A stretch of DNA of 64,000 nucleotides, taken from assembly GCA_964486725.1 (NCBI GenBank), contig CAZAOK010000004.1, positions 6,014 to 70,013 of the forward strand. Direction: 5' to 3'. Shown piece by piece: positions 59,139 through 64,000 of this stretch. The first letter of the stretch is position 1. Each line of letters starts with the position of its first letter. A program made the position numbers and the translations under genes. This DNA is from an uncultured Leptospiraceae bacterium. GTDB taxonomy: Bacteria > Spirochaetota > UBA4802 > UB4802. The notes under the pieces were generated by a model. It was not told where the DNA came from, did not search any database, and saw nothing but the letters and a program-made list of their open reading frames with translations.

Positions 59139-59954
59139 ATGGTTGTAAGTGAACTTTTCAATTTTCTAAACAAAAAGTTTCCACCATTGATACAGGAAGA
59201 GTATGACAATTCAGGGAAACAAATCGCTTTTTCAGAAGAAAAGATTACTGGAGTATTACTGGCTCTTGACGTAAGTGATGGAGTTATCATGGAGGCAATG
59301 GAGAAAGATTGCAACGTGATAATTACTCATCACCCAGTTTTTTTTAAGCCCCTTAAGAATATTGACGACGAAGATGTCCTTTCCAAATTGGTACTTAACA
59401 TGATAGAAAGACGAATTAGCCTGTATTCAGCTCATACGCCGCTTGATAAAATATATTATGACAAACTGGCTGAAAAATTGGGTGTTAATATCATTGATAT
59501 TATATACAGGGATGATGGTAATACGCCTGCAGGTTCAGATGAACTGGGATATGGTGTCTATGGCACTTACACACAGGCCATACCCGCTGAAAACTGGTTA
59601 AAACAGGTAAAAAAAATTCTGAACCTGGATTATATAACTTTTGGCGGAGATGAACGTAGAAATGTTAAGAAAGTAGCATTGCTTAATGGGGCCGGGGGGA
59701 GAAAAATTCCTGCAATCACTAAAAAGTATGATGTGGACTGCATTGTCACAGGTGATGTGGGGTATCATGAAATGAAATACGCCATGGATGCAGGTGTGAT
59801 GGTTGTTGATGCCGGTCATTATGGAACTGAAAAGATTTTACTGGATTTTTTGTTAACAGATATTCAAGACTACTTGACAAAAACAATTCAGGATAGTGAA
59901 GTACAGGTGTCAATTGCCAATAGTGAAAGCAATCCCTTCAAAGTGACCAGGTGA
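59139..59954 (+). CDS. Nif3-family dinuclear metal centre protein (YqfO/YbgI-like)
   Basis: 271 aa with NSGKQI..VIITHHP and a C-terminal DVGYHE..DAGH motif set. Confidence 0.85.
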   Translation: MVVSELFNFLNKKFPPLIQEEYDNSGKQIAFSEEKITGVLLALDVSDGVIMEAMEKDCNVIITHHPVFFKPLKNIDDEDVLSKLVLNMIERRISLYSAHTPLDKIYYDKLAEKLGVNIIDIIYRDDGNTPAGSDELGYGVYGTYTQAIPAENWLKQVKKILNLDYITFGGDERRNVKKVALLNGAGGRKIPAITKKYDVDCIVTGDVGYHEMKYAMDAGVMVVDAGHYGTEKILLDFLLTDIQDYLTKTIQDSEVQVSIANSESNPFKVTR

Positions 59955-59955
59955 A

Positions 59956-60660
59956 ATGAATACAGATATAAAAAAAATGATAGACTTACAGCATCTTTGG
60001 GACCAGGTGCTTGATGCGCGTAATACAGTGGAACGCGCAAAAAAATCCATACTGCACTGGGAACGGAATGTCACAGAACTGAAGGATAATGTAAAGACCT
60101 TAGAAAAAGAGCTTCAGGCTGTCAGGGCTGATTCGAATTTGAGTGAGCTTGAACTGGGAGATATTGAGCAAAAAATCAGAAATCTCGATGAAAGAAGAAC
60201 TCAGCTCAAAACGCAAAGAGAAGTCGAAGCCCTTGATCATGAACTGAATAAAAACAAAAATGAAAAAGATATTCTTGAAGAAAAGATAATCAATTCAATG
60301 GAATTGATTGAAAGTCTTGAAAAAGAACTTTCCCTCAAAAACAGTCAACTTGCTGATGCACGGGCACAGGCCAATGATGATATCGAAATGTTGAAGCAAA
60401 AAATTGTATCAGCTAATGAAGATGAAAATAATAAAAAGTCCCAATTTGATGAAGGAATAAACGAAATATCTCCTGAATACAGGTCAAGATTTCTTAAATT
60501 AACCGGTTCGGAACATGGAAAAGCAATTGTTCCTATAAAAGGTGAAATATGCCAGGGATGTAACTTCCAGGTTCCTGTCTCCATCGTCATGGAGCTTGGA
60601 GAAAATGAAAAACCGGTTATTTGCACCAATTGTGGAAGATACATATATAGAAGCCAATGA
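59956..60660 (+). CDS. Coiled-coil C4 zinc-ribbon protein (COG1579/DUF164 type)
   Basis: Has a long coiled-coil followed by C-terminal CQGCNFQVP...CTNCGRYIY. It is the typical downstream neighbour of nif3. Confidence 0.6.
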   Translation: MNTDIKKMIDLQHLWDQVLDARNTVERAKKSILHWERNVTELKDNVKTLEKELQAVRADSNLSELELGDIEQKIRNLDERRTQLKTQREVEALDHELNKNKNEKDILEEKIINSMELIESLEKELSLKNSQLADARAQANDDIEMLKQKIVSANEDENNKKSQFDEGINEISPEYRSRFLKLTGSEHGKAIVPIKGEICQGCNFQVPVSIVMELGENEKPVICTNCGRYIYRSQ

Positions 60661-60705
60661 GGATAACACTGATACACAATATCGCAGGAGAAGAACAGGA
60701 AATTT

Positions 60706-61380
60706 ATGATTTTAAGTATTGATAAATTATTACAATTACTTGCCGAGGGTAAAAGTATCGGGAAAATTGCCGAACTTGCTGATACTAATGAAGAGGAAGT
60801 GATACACATTTTAAATGATGCTCGACAAACACTCAATAAGTATGATCGTGCTAAATCCAGAAAGAAAGTTATTATTAAAAAATCTGATAATGATACAAAT
60901 TTAAACGGAAGGGGAAAACAAGATGCGTTGTCAGCAGATATTTTCGAAGGTGCAGAATTAAACGCGGTACCCTGGGAATCCACCCTGACAATATATACAG
61001 ACGGAGCATCCCGGGGAAATCCCGGTCCATCCGGGATAGGTGTTGTTATTTATGATAAAGATGACAGGCAGGTAGGGAAGGTGGCATCATACCTTGGCCA
61101 TGCTACTAATAACCAGGCCGAGTATAAGGCAATAATCAGGGCGCTGAAGATTGCCATATACTTCAAAACTAAAGTATTAAAAATTCGAACCGATTCTGAG
61201 CTTATCGTGAAGCAGGTGAAGGGTGAATACAAGGTTTCAAATAAAAATATTGTGCAATTATATGAAGAGGTACAGCGATTGAAAAAGCAGATCAATAATT
61301 GTAAAATTGAACATGTTACCCGAAACTTGAACGATAAAGCTGATTACCTTGCGAAAAAGGCTTCTCAATCTATAACATAG
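60706..61380 (+). CDS. rnhA: Ribonuclease HI with ~95-aa N-terminal HTH-like extension
   Basis: The C-terminal 130 aa is RNase H (IYTDGASRGNPGPSGIGVVI, NNQAEYKAIIRAL, RTDSELIVKQ, DKADYLAKKA). The N-terminal LLAEGKSIGKIAELADTNEEEVIHILNDARQTL resembles a LuxR/sigma-region-4 HTH. Confidence 0.8.
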   Translation: MILSIDKLLQLLAEGKSIGKIAELADTNEEEVIHILNDARQTLNKYDRAKSRKKVIIKKSDNDTNLNGRGKQDALSADIFEGAELNAVPWESTLTIYTDGASRGNPGPSGIGVVIYDKDDRQVGKVASYLGHATNNQAEYKAIIRALKIAIYFKTKVLKIRTDSELIVKQVKGEYKVSNKNIVQLYEEVQRLKKQINNCKIEHVTRNLNDKADYLAKKASQSIT

Positions 61381-61433
61381 AATTGTAGTATATATTATTT
61401 GGTTCTCAAATACCATAATTAATGTGACATAAC

Positions 61434-63521
61434 ATGAAAGAAAACTGGCATTTTGTACAAATTGATAATCATGCTGCAGACAGGCTTCGCGCTGAACTTG
61501 ATATTGATGAATTTATCGCGCATCTACTGTGCGCGCGTGGCATTGTTAATGCTGATGATGCCATGGATTTTCTGAATCCACGATTGAGTAATTTGCATAG
61601 CCCGTATCTACTGCGTGATATGGAACTGGCAGTTGCAAGAATCAGGCAAGTTGTCGACAATAGTGAGCTGGTAGGAATTTATTCTGATTCAGATCTTGAT
61701 GGATTAACATCTCTTTCACTCATGGTGACTCTCTTTGACAGGTTGCAGGTGAAGAGTATATACCGGTATCCGGTTGATGATGAAAAGTATGGTTTATCCA
61801 TGGATGTTGTTGAACACTTTGCGGCGCAGAATATCAGTTTGCTCATAACCCTGGATTCGGGAATACGTGATATTGATGAGATCGAATATGCCCGCTCATT
61901 GGGCATCGATGTTATTGTATGCGATCATCATCAACCAGATAACGTGATACCGGATGCAATTGTCGTTAACCCATGCAGGAATGATTGTACGTATCCCTTT
62001 AGTGATCTGGCAGGAGTAGGTGTTACCTTTAAATTGTGCCAGGCTGTAGTGTTGAGTTATTCCAGTAATTATAACATTCCACATGTGCTATTGTGTGAAG
62101 ATAACAAAAGGCTGACTGCTGCTGTAGTTGTCAGGGGTGTTACTGAAAAGGAATGGTTGGGGATTGATATTGATGAATTATTAAAGCATCTTGAAGAAAG
62201 GTTTGAAAAGACTCGGTTTTTTTATTTTGATATTGAAGAAACTATTGTGGAAAAGATAAAAAATAAATTTAAAGAAAATGAGATATTTGATATCAAAAAC
62301 CTGCAACCCCTGATTACTTCTAGAAATAAAAACCTTCACGTAGACAAGATGTTGAGTACAGGCACTGATGGTATACCACTAAGAGGGTCAAAGATCAAGC
62401 GAATAGAACAGTTTGTCAAAGAAATTCAACTTATAAATTCTGAAAAGATTACTGCGTATATAAAAGAATCACTTCCGCTGGTGGCACTTGGAACTATCGC
62501 GGATTTAATGCCTCTCAATGATGAAAACAGAATACTTGTTAAGCAGGGATTGTGGAATTTCGATAGCCTCTCTCATGGTGGAATGAAAATGCTTGTGAAA
62601 GACATAAATAAAATGGTCTCTTCAAAAGTTATTGGCTGGGATATTGCCCCACTTCTAAATACACCAGGTCGATTTGGCAAAACAAAATTAACAGCAGATT
62701 TCCTGATTTCGAGGGATGATGCAGCGATTCAGGACAACCTGCGGACAATAAAACAGTTAAACGAATATCGTAAAGAAGTAATTCACGACCTTTTTTCGAA
62801 TCTTATACATGAAATTGAAAAGGGTAGTATAAATTCTAAAGGCAAAATCGTATATGTTGAGTCGGAAAAATGTCCTGAAGGATTAACTGGTTTACTGGCA
62901 AACAGGATTGCTGATCACCTGCATAAACCGGTTATTGTTGTTTCCATTAATCATGATACAGGTATTGTAAAAGGATCAGGACGGACCAGTGGTAATTTTG
63001 ATTTTTTTTCAATAGTTGAACCTTTCAGAAATTGTTTTTTAAAGATTGGAGGTCACGCTCAGGCATTTGGTTTCAGTGGTGAGAAGGAGACAATACGAAG
63101 AATAATGAGTGATATTGAATCAAGTGTACCGGTTGATCTAACTCCCAAAGAGCTTTGGCAGATAGATTGTGAAATACCGATAAAGGAAGTAAACTTTAAA
63201 ACTATAGATAAACTTGCAGCCTTTGAACCATTTGGTGTACAGAATCAACCATTTGTGTTTCTCTCCAGAAATTGTGTGGTGAATGATGTCAAAATAATAG
63301 GGAAAAACAGAAAACATATAAAATGTCACTTTAAAAACGCCACGTCGATTGATGCAGTCGGATGGAATATGGCTGAATTGATTGACATGAGTACAATTTC
63401 TAACAGCCTGGTTGATATTTTGTATAATATAGAAATTAATGAATATAATGGATCTGTCAGTCCCCAGATCGTATTGCGTGAAATGCATGTGCTGGAAAGT
63501 GAAGTTTGTAAAAAACATTGA
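61434..63521 (+). CDS. recJ: Single-stranded-DNA-specific exonuclease RecJ (DHH/DHHA1)
   Basis: DHH motifs GIYSDSDLDGLTS, LLITLDSGI and VIVCDHHQP are followed by a DHHA1 region (GGHAQAFGFS) and a C-terminal OB-like domain. An insertion lies between DHH and DHHA1. Confidence 0.8.
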   Translation: MKENWHFVQIDNHAADRLRAELDIDEFIAHLLCARGIVNADDAMDFLNPRLSNLHSPYLLRDMELAVARIRQVVDNSELVGIYSDSDLDGLTSLSLMVTLFDRLQVKSIYRYPVDDEKYGLSMDVVEHFAAQNISLLITLDSGIRDIDEIEYARSLGIDVIVCDHHQPDNVIPDAIVVNPCRNDCTYPFSDLAGVGVTFKLCQAVVLSYSSNYNIPHVLLCEDNKRLTAAVVVRGVTEKEWLGIDIDELLKHLEERFEKTRFFYFDIEETIVEKIKNKFKENEIFDIKNLQPLITSRNKNLHVDKMLSTGTDGIPLRGSKIKRIEQFVKEIQLINSEKITAYIKESLPLVALGTIADLMPLNDENRILVKQGLWNFDSLSHGGMKMLVKDINKMVSSKVIGWDIAPLLNTPGRFGKTKLTADFLISRDDAAIQDNLRTIKQLNEYRKEVIHDLFSNLIHEIEKGSINSKGKIVYVESEKCPEGLTGLLANRIADHLHKPVIVVSINHDTGIVKGSGRTSGNFDFFSIVEPFRNCFLKIGGHAQAFGFSGEKETIRRIMSDIESSVPVDLTPKELWQIDCEIPIKEVNFKTIDKLAAFEPFGVQNQPFVFLSRNCVVNDVKIIGKNRKHIKCHFKNATSIDAVGWNMAELIDMSTISNSLVDILYNIEINEYNGSVSPQIVLREMHVLESEVCKKH

Positions 63522-63726
63522 TCAGAAAACATAATTACACATATCATGGTTCTCTTAGACTGTATAGAAATTTCAATGATTCTGAATGAACAATAATAAT
63601 AAATTTACAAATCGATTTAATGAAAATTATAATTGACTTGTAACATCAGCAAAATTACCATTTGATGCGTAAGTTGATAATTACCTATTCTGGGATTGTA
63701 GTTAGTAAAATATACCGGGGAAAGAT

Positions 63727-64000
63727 ATGGATATTGATATCAGGGATAAAGATACTACTGTTGAGATCATTATTGACGGTGATATCGAGATGATGTCTAT
63801 AAAGAACTTTAAGCAAAAACTTATGGATGTTGGTCAGAACAGGGATGTTGATATAGATCTTGATCTCTCAAATGTTGATTATATTGATTCATCTGGAGTA
63901 GGTGTATTGATCAGCCTTTTGAAATTGCAGAAGAAAAAAGGCAAACTACTAAACATCAGCAAGGTGAGTCCAAAGGTGTTGAATGTATTAAAGTTGAGTT
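63727..64000 (+). CDS. STAS-domain anti-sigma-factor antagonist (SpoIIAA-like), 3' end beyond window
   Basis: IDLDLSNVDYIDSSGVGVLISLLKLQKKKGKLLNISKVSPKVLNVLKL matches the STAS/anti-anti-sigma pattern (the conserved phosphorylatable Ser in DSSG). Confidence 0.6.
   Translation, partial: MDIDIRDKDTTVEIIIDGDIEMMSIKNFKQKLMDVGQNRDVDIDLDLSNVDYIDSSGVGVLISLLKLQKKKGKLLNISKVSPKVLNVLKLS

Overview
The window looks like a ~40% GC bacterial chromosome segment of uncertain phylum. It has Shine-Dalgarno sites, many TPR and secreted repeat proteins, and an outer-membrane TolC/MacAB efflux set. Most of it is ordinary core-genome content, listed in order under features: serS, mutS2 (whose terminal Smr domain is followed two genes on by a separate standalone Smr protein), relA/spoT, a yggS-proC-M23 operon, ppdK, a thiolase, a TolC-MacAB efflux operon, xerD-spoIID-queA-nif3-rnhA-recJ and five tRNAs.

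The signal the gene models do not explain is a family of structured intergenic repeats, about 120-150 nt long. Each copy has a GC-rich hairpin at its centre (CTCCCCCGCC-GAAG-GCGGGGGGAG) and imperfect terminal inverted repeats at its ends (gtaattactcagctgtcatg ... catagctgagtagtnac). Four copies lie at about 7.3, 24.8, 33.2 and 40.2 kb, in both orientations, and all are intergenic. The 24.8 kb copy sits inside a larger ~330 bp unit bounded by ~30 bp imperfect inverted repeats. That unit shares a 44-nt segment with the long intergenic region at 10.1 kb.

Other items worth follow-up:
- a minus-strand operon of a tandem YfbR-like HD 5'-deoxynucleotidase, a YqeK-like HD hydrolase and a radical-SAM protein with an atypical Cx5Cx2C motif and a C-terminal helix-hairpin-helix;
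- an uncharacterised plus-strand block (40.4-45.7 kb), next to a repeat copy, holding a vWA-TM-FHA protein, a 648-aa helical protein and two other unknowns;
- a CPA1 Na+/H+ antiporter fused to RCK and PTS-EIIA(Ntr)-like domains;
- an orphan moaD-moaE pair with a convergent HEPN-like gene and a distant thiF/moeB;
- a long repeat-rich intergenic region (9.8-10.5 kb) with a 43-aa zinc-ribbon ORF.

No CRISPR array, integrase-bounded island or rRNA is visible. All calls are by-eye motif recognition from the translations, with no database searches run.
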